A program made the position numbers and the translations under genes. DNA of 64,000 bases from Escherichia coli. GTDB lineage: Bacteria; Pseudomonadota; Gammaproteobacteria; Enterobacterales; Enterobacteriaceae. Shown here piece after piece: positions 51,255 to 61,294 of this stretch. Position 1 is the stretch's first letter, and each line of letters starts with the position of its first letter. The stretch is taken from assembly GCF_011045215.1 (NCBI RefSeq), contig NZ_CP049201.1, one strand, 5' to 3'. The notes under the pieces are model-generated. The model ran no database searches. It was not told the DNA's origin and saw nothing but the letters and a program-made list of their open reading frames with translations.

Positions 51255-51572
51255 ATGAAAAAGATAGCTGCTATATCATTAATTAGTATTTTTATTATGT
51301 CTGGTTGTGCTGTGCATAATGATGAGACAAGTATCGGTAAATTTGGTCTTGCATATAAAAGTAATATTCAGCGTAAACTCGATAACCAATACTACACCGA
51401 AGCCGAAGCTTCTTTAGCCAGGGGCAGAATATCTGGTGCAGAAAATATAGTAAAAAATGATGCAGCCCATTTCTGTGTTACTCAGGGCAAAAAAATGCAG
51501 ATAGTTGACCTGAAGACAGAAGGTGCAGGATTACATGGCGTCGCTCGTCTGACATTCAAATGTGGAGAGTGA
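51255..51572 (+). CDS. yegR: small lipoprotein of unknown function
   Basis: 105 aa from MKKIAAISLISIFIMSGC (lipobox); ORF track starts 35 codons upstream. Confidence 0.8.
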   Translation: MKKIAAISLISIFIMSGCAVHNDETSIGKFGLAYKSNIQRKLDNQYYTEAEASLARGRISGAENIVKNDAAHFCVTQGKKMQIVDLKTEGAGLHGVARLTFKCGE

Positions 51573-51730
51573 GAATATTTTTTGGTAAGCGTCAAACATG
51601 CGCGTTCTGGCTGTGCGTAGCCGGAACCTGTGGGAGCACGATGCCGATAAGTGTAAGGCATCGTGCTATGAAGGGAGATTCTATCGATGTGGTCAATGGA
51701 AGACGGTGACCAGGGATAGGGCTTATGCAT

Positions 51731-51817
51731 AAAAAATAAGCCCGTGTAAGGGAGATTACACAGGCTAAGGAGGTGGTTCCTGGTACAGCTAGCATTTTAT
51801 GGGTTATGTTTTTCAGC
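51731..51817 (-). ncRNA. cyaR: Hfq-dependent sRNA CyaR (RyeE)
   Basis: Minus-strand sequence gctgaaaaacataacccataaaatgctagctgtaccaggaaccacctccttagcctgtgtaatctcccttacacgggcttatttttt matches CyaR as I recall it, including the intrinsic terminator. Confidence 0.85.
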
Positions 51818-51851
51818 GAAACGGATGATAACCTTAATAAATGCAGCTGTA

Positions 51852-51867
51852 TGTGATCGGTTTCTAA
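51852..51867. promoter_or_regulatory. candidate CRP site (TGTGA-N6-TCTAA) about 41 bp upstream of the cyaR 5' end
   Basis: One perfect half-site and one degenerate half-site; position fits the class II CRP activation known for cyaR. Confidence 0.4.
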
Positions 51868-51901
51868 GAATTTTCCATCCGGGAAAAATAATCGAAATTA
51901 A

Positions 51902-53263
51902 TCACTTACCGTGTGGGTTACGCGTGGTTTCCCCGGAGAAATTACGCATCAGCAGCGCGTAATTTAGCTCAAGATCCTGCGGCACCGGGAGCCACACAGT
52001 ATAACCATCGCCTGGTGCTACCGGCATAGCTTCGCCTTTGGCGTTTTCCATCTGCTCAAGGGTAAAGTTAATGTTGCCTTGCGGCGTCATCAGCTCAAGG
52101 CTGTCGCCAACGGAGAATTTATTTTTCACCGCTACCGCCGCGAGGTCCCCCTTGCGCTCACCGGTAAACTCACCAACAAACTGCTGGCGGTCAGAAACCG
52201 AATAACCGTATTCGTAGTTCTGATAATCGTCGTGAGTATGACGACGCAGGAAACCTTCGGTATAGCCACGATGCGCCAGACCTTCCAGAGTTTCCAGCAG
52301 GCTGGTATCGAACGGTTTGCCCGCAGCGGCGTCATCAATAGCTTTGCGGTAAACCTGTGCGGTGCGTGCGCAATAGTAGAAAGATTTGGTACGGCCTTCG
52401 ATTTTCAGCGAATGCACGCCCATTTTGGTCAGGCGTTCAACATGGGCGATGGCGCGCAGATCTTTCGAGTTCATGATGTAAGTGCCGTGCTCATCTTCAA
52501 ACGCGGTCATATACTCGCCCGGACGCTGGGCTTCTTCGATCATAAACACTTTGTCGGTTGGCGCGCCGATACCCAGCGTCGGCTCAACATTTTGCACCGG
52601 AATCGGCTCGTACTTGTGTACGATGTTGCCAACTTCATCTTCTTTCCCTTCCTGGACGTTGTACTCCCAGCGGCAGGCGTTGGTGCAGGTACCCTGGTTC
52701 GGGTCGCGCTTGTTGATATAGCCAGAGAGCAGGCAGCGACCGGAGTAGGCCATGCACAGTGCGCCGTGAACGAAGATCTCGATCTCCATATCCGGCACCT
52801 GATTACGGATCTCTTCAATCTCTTCCAGCGACAGCTCGCGAGAGAGGATCACGCGGGTCAGGCCCATTTGCTGCCAGAATTTCACCGTCGCCCAGTTTAC
52901 GGCGTTAGCCTGCACCGAGAGGTGGATCGGCATTTCAGGGAAGTGCTCACGCACCAGCATAATCAGCCCTGGATCGGACATAATCAGCGCATCCGGCCCC
53001 ATTTCCACCACCGGTTTCAGGTCACGGATAAAGGTTTTCAGCTTGGCGTTGTGCGGTGCAATGTTGACCACGACATAAAACTTTTTCCCCAGCGCGTGGG
53101 CTTCATTGATGCCGAGCTGAAGATTTTCGTGGTTGAATTCGTTGTTGCGCACACGCAGGGAGTAACGCGGCTGGCCCGCATAAACAGCATCTGCGCCATA
53201 AGCGAAAGCGTAACGCATATTTTTCAGCGTTCCCGCCGGGGAAAGGAGTTCCGGTTTAAACAT
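51902..53263 (-). CDS. trhP: peptidase U32-family protein required for tRNA ho5U34 hydroxylation
   Basis: 453 aa (MFKPELLSPAGTLKNMRYAFAYGADAVYAGQPRYSLR...); K-12 yegQ. Confidence 0.9.
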   Translation of the reverse strand: MFKPELLSPAGTLKNMRYAFAYGADAVYAGQPRYSLRVRNNEFNHENLQLGINEAHALGKKFYVVVNIAPHNAKLKTFIRDLKPVVEMGPDALIMSDPGLIMLVREHFPEMPIHLSVQANAVNWATVKFWQQMGLTRVILSRELSLEEIEEIRNQVPDMEIEIFVHGALCMAYSGRCLLSGYINKRDPNQGTCTNACRWEYNVQEGKEDEVGNIVHKYEPIPVQNVEPTLGIGAPTDKVFMIEEAQRPGEYMTAFEDEHGTYIMNSKDLRAIAHVERLTKMGVHSLKIEGRTKSFYYCARTAQVYRKAIDDAAAGKPFDTSLLETLEGLAHRGYTEGFLRRHTHDDYQNYEYGYSVSDRQQFVGEFTGERKGDLAAVAVKNKFSVGDSLELMTPQGNINFTLEQMENAKGEAMPVAPGDGYTVWLPVPQDLELNYALLMRNFSGETTRNPHGK

Positions 53264-53365
53264 AATTCTCTCGTTCTGATGACAGGTCAGATCCGCTTCA
53301 CCTGATGAAGCGGTTAGGGGAGTGCCCCCACTTTAAGGGCGGGCATTGTAGCGCAATCGGCGGGT

Positions 53366-53662
53366 TTAGCTCCAGTGTAAATGTCTGGTGGCGTCCTGGT
53401 TTTGGTTAAGGATACGAATGACGATAATTTCCCCTGGTGATTGCAGGAAATAAATTACGTGGCGTTCAAAAGGAAGAACAAAAATACCTTCGCCTAATTC
53501 AGGTCTGGGCGTACCTATATTATTGTTACTCAGAATCTGGAGAACGTCTGAAAGATGTTCCACATATCTGTCGGCTTGTGGTTCGCCGAAATGGTGATAA
53601 CTGTAATACCAGATGCCTTCTAAATCCTCATTGGCTTTTGGCATGAGTTTAATAATACGCAC
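53366..53662 (-). CDS. ParE/RelE-superfamily type II toxin
   Basis: 98 aa from GTG, or 92 aa from ATG at 53644; ParE-like pattern (EDLEGIWYYSYHHFGEPQADRYVEHL ... IYFLQSPGEIIVIRILNQNQD); starts 1 nt after the antitoxin stop. Confidence 0.7.
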   Translation of the reverse strand: MRIIKLMPKANEDLEGIWYYSYHHFGEPQADRYVEHLSDVLQILSNNNIGTPRPELGEGIFVLPFERHVIYFLQSPGEIIVIRILNQNQDATRHLHWS

Positions 53663-53663
53663 A

Positions 53664-53915
53664 TTATTTCCTTATCCCTGCTTTCACCTTCCGTAAAAAC
53701 GCGTCCTTTTCCCACGGCTGAGCTTCACCACTACTCAACCCTTCTGCAAGCATGTCACGTAACGCTTGCAGGCGAGACTCTGCTTGCTTTTCTCGAAGTA
53801 AGCGCAGTGACTCACGGATCACTTCGCTTTGGGTGCGATAGTCGCCGGATTCAATTAAGGACTCGATAAATTCACGCAACTCATCGCCGAGATCAACCGT
53901 CATCGTTCTGGCCAT
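53664..53915 (-). CDS. ParD-family (RHH/CopG-like) antitoxin
   Basis: 83 aa MARTMTVDLGDELREFIESLIESGDYRTQSEVIRESLRLLREKQ..., typical ParD (COG3609-like) N-terminus; immediately upstream of the toxin. Confidence 0.7.
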   Translation of the reverse strand: MARTMTVDLGDELREFIESLIESGDYRTQSEVIRESLRLLREKQAESRLQALRDMLAEGLSSGEAQPWEKDAFLRKVKAGIRK

Positions 53916-53928
53916 GTTTATGCTCTCC

Positions 53929-53947
53929 TGTAAGTAAAAATCTTACA
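53929..53947. promoter_or_regulatory. palindrome TGTAAGt-N5-TCTTACA just upstream of the antitoxin start; candidate autoregulatory operator
   Basis: Inverted repeat seen in sequence next to the antitoxin ribosome-binding site; operator role inferred from type II TA paradigm. Confidence 0.35.
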
Positions 53948-54112
53948 TCAGTGTATGTCATAAACCGGATAGCGTCACGAAAAGTATTAGAAGATATTTT
54001 GGCAGATGAACATGTTCAGGAGGATAAGCATGGAGATGTTAAACAAAGAAAGCACAATGAGTATTCATCAGTGTCCACTATTTTAATGGCGCAGGTAAAT
54101 AAATAAGCGTTA

Positions 54113-54150
54113 TTTGGAAATAAAGCCGGACGCCAACAACCCACGCCCGG
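54113..54150 (-). terminator. candidate terminator downstream of yegP
   Basis: Minus-strand stem gccgggcg/cgtccggc followed by a T-rich run. Confidence 0.4.
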
Positions 54151-54158
54151 CATCGTAA

Positions 54159-54491
54159 TTACGTATTGTCTTTCACCGTCTGGCTTGTGCCATTGGCTTT
54201 AACGGAGGCAATTCCGGTTTCACGAGATTGCGCGGTGGCGTACATCTGGCTGGAGCCGATAATTTGATGATTGGCGGCTTTCAGATTGAAATAGAATTTG
54301 CCGTTACTTGCCGTTTTTTTCTCATAGCGTTCTTCTTGCGGGCTGTTGCTACGCACCGACGCGATGCCCTTTTCCGCAGAGGCTTTTGAGGTATACAGCT
54401 CGCTGGTGAGGATAGTCTCACCATTGCCCGCTTTTAGCACAAACCGGAACTGATTATCACTGCTCTTACTGAGTTCAAACCAACCAGCCAT
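54159..54491 (-). CDS. yegP: DUF1508 (UPF0339) tandem-domain protein
   Basis: 110 aa from MAGWFELSKSSDNQFRFVLKAGNGE; two repeats of the same small domain. Confidence 0.85.
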   Translation of the reverse strand: MAGWFELSKSSDNQFRFVLKAGNGETILTSELYTSKASAEKGIASVRSNSPQEERYEKKTASNGKFYFNLKAANHQIIGSSQMYATAQSRETGIASVKANGTSQTVKDNT

Positions 54492-54681
54492 AATGACTCC
54501 TTGATTGAAATTGCTTATCGAAAACAGCATCTAAAGGTGCTGTTTACCGATTAAAGTATGAGCGATTTTCTGGTGCCTGCCAGGGCGGAGAGATAATGTC
54601 AGTTTGCTGACCATGCGTGGGATAATGTTGCCGGATCTGGTCTGAATGCCATCTCCGGCTAACAAAGTCATGTCGCTAAAA

Positions 54682-55404
54682 CTAAACGATGCGACAGGCG
54701 TCGGCTTCCCAGCGGTAACCAACGCCGTAAACGGCGCGGATAAATGACTGTTCGGCGTCGAGAGATTCCAGCTTGCGGCGCAGGTTTTTAATGTGGCTGT
54801 CGATGGTGCGGTCGGTTACTACGCGGTAGTCGTCATAAAGATGATTGAGCAATTGCTCGCGGGAGAACACTTTTCCTGGTTCGTGAGAGAGCGTTTTCAG
54901 CAGACGAAATTCCGCAGGCGTCAGGTCAAGCATTTTACCGCGCCATGAAGCCTGAAAACGACCTTCGTCGATAATCAACGGGCTTTCAGCATCCTGTTGC
55001 TGCAACTCACGCTGCGGTTTGCAACGGCGCAAAATGGTTTTGACACGCGCTACCACTTCCCGTGGGCTGTACGGCTTGCAGATGTAGTCATCTGCGCCAA
55101 TCTCCAGCCCCAGCAGGCGGTCGATCTCTTCGATTTTTGCTGTCACCATCACGATAGGAATGTCAGAAAAACGACGAATTTCCCGGCACAGCGTCAAGCC
55201 ATCGGTGCCAGGGAGCATCAGATCCAACAGGATCAGATCCGGTGGTGTCTGGCGCACATACGGCAGTACCTGATCGCCGTGGCTGATAAGCGTCGGCGCA
55301 TAGCTCGCAGCACGCAGATAATCAATGAGCAACTGCCCCAGCTTCGGTTCATCTTCCACGATCAAAATACGCGGTGTGTTTTCGTCGATTGGTAACTCGG
55401 TCAT
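54682..55404 (-). CDS. baeR: OmpR-family response regulator of the Bae envelope-stress system
   Basis: 240 aa ([30 protein letters not shown]...). Confidence 0.9.
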
Positions 55405-56804
55405 ACTTCTCTCTGTAAATCCCGTTCCAGCGGTAACTCTACTGTAATGCTTACCCCGCCAAAAGGCGAATGGGCGGCAATAATGCGGCCATTATGTGCT
55501 TCAACAATGTTCAGGCAAATCGCCAGCCCCAGCCCGGAACCGCCGCTGGCACGGTTGCGGGAACCTTCGGTGCGATAAAAACGTTCAAACAATTTTTGTA
55601 GCTGATCGTCACTGACACCTGGCGCACTGTCGGCAAAGGTCAGGCGCACCGTTTTGTCGTGCTGCTCGGCAGAGATTTTCAGGCTGCCACCGCTATCAGT
55701 GTAGCGCAGGCTGTTTTCAAGTAAGTTATTGAATAACTGCATTAAACGGTCGCGATCGCCAAATACGGTAATACTGTCTGGCAGGGAAAATTGCAGTTTC
55801 AGGCCACGGCTGGCGAATCGTTCGCGAAATGCGCCGCCCGCCACTTCCAGCAGTGGGATCAAATCTACCGGTGCTTTTTGATAGGCGAGAGCGCCTTCAT
55901 CAGACATCGACAACTGATGAAGATCGTCAACCAGTTTGGTCAGTGTACCGACCTCCGCCTGTAAAGACGCCACCGTCTCCGGCGTGAATTTGCGCACGCC
56001 ATCCTGAATGGCTTCCAGTTCACCGCGCAGCACCGCTAATGGCGTACGCAGTTCGTGAGAAATATCGGCCATAAAATCGCGCCGCATTTGCTGGTTTTTC
56101 TCCAGCGTGCTGGCGAGCTGGTTGAAGTCTTGCGCCAGTTTGCCCAGTTCATCTTCACTGGTTGGCGTTACGCGGGTAGTGAAATCGCCCGCCGCCAGTT
56201 TGTGCGTGCCATCGACAAGTCGTTTTACCGGTGCCAGTAAACCACGCGCCAGCAGAAAAGTGGCGAGTGCCGCGAGTAACGTTGCCAGGGCGACAATCAG
56301 CCAGCTGGTTTGCCGTTGTTGTTTATCGAAATTGATATCAGTATTGCGGGTCAGCCGCTCAACGGGGGAGGCAATCACCGCGCCCACTTCCGCACCGTTG
56401 ACCAGAATGGGTCGCCGTGTACCGTCAGGTGGAATCGGCGCTCGCGGACCAACCAGCACTTTGTTGTTTTGATCAACCACCCAGAACTGAGTACGCCAGC
56501 CGTGTGGTGGCATACCCGGGCCGGGTTTATCTTCCGAATTATCGTGTTCAAATGAACGCAGGATCTGAAAGACAAAGCGATCATTGTTGCGCAGGAAGCG
56601 CCAGTTGCCATGCTGCGCATACTGCTCGCCAAGCGCATCACTTAACAGTTGTAATCGCTGTTCATTACCATGCTTGATGTAATCAATAAAGCCACGCTCA
56701 AAACTGATACGCACCGCCCAGTGCATACTGATCAGCAAGACAATGCAGGTGGCGAAAATCGCCAGAAACAGTTTGCCGGTAATACCAGGTCGCCAGAACT
56801 TCAT
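55401..56804 (-). CDS. baeS: sensor histidine kinase BaeS
   Basis: 467 aa; two TM segments, HAMP, H-box ([10 protein letters not shown]), ATPase domain; 4-nt overlaps with mdtD and baeR. Confidence 0.9.
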
Positions 56805-58216
56805 TGCGCGCTCCTTTTTCGCCGCGAAATAGCTACATTTTGATGCGTATCGTTCGGCACTCTGGCAAAGATGAACGCCGGAAGGGCGATGATAAACGCC
56901 ATGCTAAGCCAGGTGTACATAAAGACGGTTTGTGTGGTGCCACTGTCGACGCTGACATGCTGCGAGCCAAAAAGTCCCAGCAACAGCCCGGCGATGGTGA
57001 CGCCGATACTCATCGACAATTGCATAATCATTGACAGCAGGCTGTTGCCGCTGCTCGCCAGGTTGTCCGGGAGATCTTTCAGCGTCAGGGTGTTCATGGA
57101 GGAGAAACGTGTCGAGTTGACCATTCCTTGTAAAAACAGGACGAACGGCAAAACGTAGTACCAGCCCAGCAGAGCGGTAGTCATAAACAACAGGGTGACC
57201 AGCGACAGGCCCAGCGTGGTCGCTACCAGTACCCGACGATAACCAAAGCGATTCACCACCTGTACCACAATTCGCTTCATTCCCATGCTGCCAAGCACCA
57301 TCGGGATCATCATCAGTCCGGCATGAAACGGCGAGAAACCGAGGCCAATTTGCAGGAAAACCGGTGTCATAAAGGGCAACATGCCACTGCCAATACGTCC
57401 GGCAAAGCTCCCCGCCAGGCCCAGTGAAAAGGTACGAGTGCGGAACAGTTTCAGACTGAAAAGAGCACGGTTGTTATTTCTGGCGTGCAGCAGATAAAGC
57501 ACCAGTGCCACCACGCCAACTGCGACCAGGCCAGCAATCGCCAGCGGCGATAAACCTGTACCTTTACTGCCGTCCAGCGCCAGGGTTAATACCGCCATGC
57601 CAACCGCCAGCAATAAAAAGCCGGAAAGATCAAAGCGCCGCGTCTGCATAGTGTAGTTCGGCATTAACATCAATGTGGCGATCGCACCGATAATCCCCAC
57701 CGGAATGTTGATCAAAAAGATCCAGTGCCACGACGCGTACTCTACCAGCAGACCGCCGAGCGCCGGACCGAGCAGCGGACCGACCTGACCGGGTAACGTG
57801 ACAAAGGTCATCGCCGCCATATATTGCTCGCGCGGTACGATTTTCATCACCGTAAGCCTTCCGACCGGCACCATCATCGCACCGCCAACGCCCTGTAACG
57901 CGCGTGCCAGCAACAGTTCGTTCAGCGTGCCGGAAAGCGCGCAAAACAGTGAACCGAGAGTAAACAGCACGATAGCGGTAAAGAAAATATTGCGCACGCC
58001 GACTTTGTCCGCCAGCCAGCCGCTGGCGGGCAGCATCACCGCCACGGTCAGCACATAAGAGACAATGACCATGTGCATATGTAGCGGACTTTCCCCGAGG
58101 CTTTGCGCCATTGAGGGAAGGGCGGTGTTTACGATGGTGGTGTCCAGCGACTGCATAAAGAAGCCGAAAGCCACAATCCACAATTGCCAGCGGGTGCTGT
58201 CGGGAAGATCTGTCAT
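56801..58216 (-). CDS. mdtD: MFS-family efflux transporter
   Basis: 471 aa 14-TM MFS protein within the mdtABCD-baeSR operon. Confidence 0.9.
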   Translation of the reverse strand: MTDLPDSTRWQLWIVAFGFFMQSLDTTIVNTALPSMAQSLGESPLHMHMVIVSYVLTVAVMLPASGWLADKVGVRNIFFTAIVLFTLGSLFCALSGTLNELLLARALQGVGGAMMVPVGRLTVMKIVPREQYMAAMTFVTLPGQVGPLLGPALGGLLVEYASWHWIFLINIPVGIIGAIATLMLMPNYTMQTRRFDLSGFLLLAVGMAVLTLALDGSKGTGLSPLAIAGLVAVGVVALVLYLLHARNNNRALFSLKLFRTRTFSLGLAGSFAGRIGSGMLPFMTPVFLQIGLGFSPFHAGLMMIPMVLGSMGMKRIVVQVVNRFGYRRVLVATTLGLSLVTLLFMTTALLGWYYVLPFVLFLQGMVNSTRFSSMNTLTLKDLPDNLASSGNSLLSMIMQLSMSIGVTIAGLLLGLFGSQHVSVDSGTTQTVFMYTWLSMAFIIALPAFIFARVPNDTHQNVAISRRKRSAQ

Positions 58217-61200
58217 TTACTCGGTTACCGTTTGTTTAGGTTTACGCGAAAAACGCAGCCGCAGACGGTCGAAAAAGAGATACACCACCGGCGTGGTATA
58301 CAGCGTCAGGAGCTGGCTCATTACCAGACCGCCGACAATGGTGATCCCCAGGGGTTGGCGCAACTCCGATCCGTCGCCGCCCGACAATACCAGCGGCAGC
58401 GCACCAAACAGCGCCGCCAGGGTAGTCATCATAATCGGGCGAAAACGCAGCAGACAGGCCTGGAAAATAGCTTCCTGCGGCGTCAGGTTACCGTGCCGTT
58501 GGGCTTCAAGCGCAAAATCGACCATCATAATGGCGTTTTTCTTCACGATGCCGATTAATAGCATGATCCCTATCAGGGCGATTAGGCTGAACGGGGCATT
58601 GAACAGCTCCAGCGCCAGCAGCGCTCCAACGCCCGCCGAGGGCAGGGTGGAGAGAATCGTCAGCGGATGTACGTAACTCTCGTAAAGGATACCCAGCACG
58701 ATATACACCGTGGCGATGGCGGCGATAATCAGGATCACCTGCGAGTTCATCGTCTCCTGGAACACCTGCGCCGTGCCGGCAAAACTACCGCGCACCGTCG
58801 AAGGCACACCAAGCTGGGTCATTGCGCGATCGATCGCCGCACTGGCGTCCGAGAGCGATTTCCCGGTCGGCAGGTTAAACGAAATGGTCGAGGCCGCCGA
58901 TAATCCCTGATGATTCACCGATAGTGGGGCATTCGCCGGTTGCCATTTAGCGAAATACGACAGCGGGATCGCTTTTCCTTCGTTATTGATAACGAACATT
59001 TTTTCCAGCGCGCTGATGTCCTGGGTATAGCGCGGATCCACTTCCATCACCACTTTGTACTGGTTCATCGGCTGGTAAATGGTCGAGATTTGCCGCTGAC
59101 CGAAGGCGTTATTTAACAGGCTGTTGGCGGCTTGTACGTCGATTCCCAGCCGTGCCATGGTGTCACGGTCGTAAACCAGATTCATCTCCGCGCCGTTATC
59201 CTGCTGATCGGAGTTCACGTCCGCCAGTTCCGGCAACGTCGCCAGTTTTTTGCGGATTTTCGGCTCCCATTCGCGCAGTGCCGCCAGGTCGTCGGATAAC
59301 AACGTGTACTGGTAGCTGGCGTTCGACTGACGCCCACCAACGCGAATATCCTGTACCGCCATCAGGAACAGATTCGCCCCCGGTTCTTTCGCCAGTTTTA
59401 CGCGCAGACGGTCGATAATTTGCTGCGCCGTTTCGCTGCGTTCGTCGCGTGGCTTGAGGGTGATAAACATCATCCCGCTGTTCACTCGCGAACCGCCTGT
59501 AAAGCCGGTGACATTATCCACTGCCGGATCGTCACGGATAATTTTCATGAAATCCTGCAACTTACCGCGCATCGCCTGAAACGAAATACTCTGATCCGCC
59601 TGAATCCCGCCCATCAACACGCCAGTGTCCTGCTCCGGGAAGAAGGTTTTCGGGATCGAGATATACAGCCAGATATTCAGCGCAATGGTGCCAAGCAGCA
59701 CCACGCCCACCAGACGGGTATGATTGAGCACCCATTTCAGTGACTTGCCGTAGCCTTGTTGCAGGGCTACCAACATGCGACCAAAACCACGTAGTCGCTT
59801 TTGCTCGCGCGGCTTGCTGGCTTTCAGCATCCAGCCACACATCATTGGCGTTAATGTCAGAGAAACCAGTAACGAAATACCAATGGCGACAGAAAGCGTC
59901 ACGGCAAACTCGCGTAACAGTCGGCCCGGCAATCCGCCCATCAACAGCAGCGGCAGGAACACCGCCACCAGTGACAGACTCATCGACAGCACCGTAAAGC
60001 CGACTTCGCGAGTACCTTGTAGCGCGGCCTGTAGTGGTTTCATCCCCGCTTCCAGATGACGGGCAATGTTTTCCAGCACCACAATGGCGTCATCCACCAC
60101 GAAACCAGTAGCGATGGTGAGCGCCATTAACGACAGGTTATTGAGACTGAATCCGCACAGGTACATCGCCGCAAACGTACCAATCAGCGAAACCGGCACC
60201 ACAACGGCGGGAATAATAGTGGCGCGACCCGAGCGCAGGAATAAAAACACCACCAGAATCACCAGCGCCACCGAGATAATCAGCGTTTGCTCGACTTCTT
60301 CCAGCGAGGCGCGAATGGTGGGGGAGCGATCCTGGGCAATTTGCAGATCAATCGCCGCCGGAATGGTCTCCTGCAACTCCGGTAATTTTGCCCGGATGCT
60401 GTCAACCGTCTGGATAATATTGGCTTCCGGCAGCTTGCGGATCATCAGCAAAATAGCTGGTTTGGCGTTGGTCATCCCGGCGTTGCGCACATCCTGCACC
60501 GAGTCAGTCACCGTCGCCACATCACCCAGACGAACCGCGCCGCCGTTGTTGTAATGAATAATCAACGGCTGATATTCAGCGGCGGTTTTTAGCTCATCAT
60601 TGGTCTGGATCTGCCAGCGGTGAGTGCCATCTTCCAGTGCCCCCTGTGGTTTACGCACGTTGGCATTGCTGATGGCGGTGCGTACGTCGTCCAGCGAGAC
60701 GCCCTGATTAAACAGCGCCTGCGGATTCAGCCCGACGCGTACGGCGGGCAGTGAGCTGCCGCCGACATCGACATCACCAACACCGTCGATTTGCGAAATC
60801 GTCGGAGCCAGCTGCGTCGAGGCGAAATCGTACAGTTCACCCTGAGAATAAGTATCGGATGTCAGCGTGAGGATCATAATTGGCGCATCCGACGGGTTCG
60901 CTTTGCGATAGGTCGGACGGCTGGGCATCCCACTGGGCAGCAAACTTTGTGCAGCGTTGATCGCCGCCTGCACATCACGCGCTGCGCCGTTGATATCCCG
61001 GTCAAAATCAAACTGCAAAATAATCCGCGTGCTGCCGAGCGAACTACTGGAGGTCATTTCACTAACCCCGGCAATGCGCCCAAGTGAGCGCTCCAGCGGC
61101 GTGGCAACGGAAGACGCCATTGTCTCCGGCGACGCACCGGGCAGCGAGGCGCTGACCATAATCACCGGAAAATCGACCTGCGGCAGCGGGGCGACCGGCA

Positions 61201-61294
61201 GCATACGGAAGCCCAGTATGCCGCAGAGGGTAATGGCGACCGACAGTAAAATCGTCGCCACCGGGCGGTAAATGAAGAGGGCAAAAAACTTCAC
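58217..61294 (-). CDS. mdtC: RND multidrug efflux pump subunit
   Basis: 1025 aa AcrB-like RND protein. Confidence 0.9.
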   Translation of the reverse strand: MKFFALFIYRPVATILLSVAITLCGILGFRMLPVAPLPQVDFPVIMVSASLPGASPETMASSVATPLERSLGRIAGVSEMTSSSSLGSTRIILQFDFDRDINGAARDVQAAINAAQSLLPSGMPSRPTYRKANPSDAPIMILTLTSDTYSQGELYDFASTQLAPTISQIDGVGDVDVGGSSLPAVRVGLNPQALFNQGVSLDDVRTAISNANVRKPQGALEDGTHRWQIQTNDELKTAAEYQPLIIHYNNGGAVRLGDVATVTDSVQDVRNAGMTNAKPAILLMIRKLPEANIIQTVDSIRAKLPELQETIPAAIDLQIAQDRSPTIRASLEEVEQTLIISVALVILVVFLFLRSGRATIIPAVVVPVSLIGTFAAMYLCGFSLNNLSLMALTIATGFVVDDAIVVLENIARHLEAGMKPLQAALQGTREVGFTVLSMSLSLVAVFLPLLLMGGLPGRLLREFAVTLSVAIGISLLVSLTLTPMMCGWMLKASKPREQKRLRGFGRMLVALQQGYGKSLKWVLNHTRLVGVVLLGTIALNIWLYISIPKTFFPEQDTGVLMGGIQADQSISFQAMRGKLQDFMKIIRDDPAVDNVTGFTGGSRVNSGMMFITLKPRDERSETAQQIIDRLRVKLAKEPGANLFLMAVQDIRVGGRQSNASYQYTLLSDDLAALREWEPKIRKKLATLPELADVNSDQQDNGAEMNLVYDRDTMARLGIDVQAANSLLNNAFGQRQISTIYQPMNQYKVVMEVDPRYTQDISALEKMFVINNEGKAIPLSYFAKWQPANAPLSVNHQGLSAASTISFNLPTGKSLSDASAAIDRAMTQLGVPSTVRGSFAGTAQVFQETMNSQVILIIAAIATVYIVLGILYESYVHPLTILSTLPSAGVGALLALELFNAPFSLIALIGIMLLIGIVKKNAIMMVDFALEAQRHGNLTPQEAIFQACLLRFRPIMMTTLAALFGALPLVLSGGDGSELRQPLGITIVGGLVMSQLLTLYTTPVVYLFFDRLRLRFSRKPKQTVTE

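Noticed and set aside
52079-53305. 408 aa plus-strand ORF
   Set aside because: Antisense shadow of trhP (yegQ); composition and lack of RBS argue against coding.
58065-58676. 203 aa plus-strand ORF, with overlapping 124 aa ORF at 58184-58558
   Set aside because: Antisense across the mdtD/mdtC junction; no independent support.
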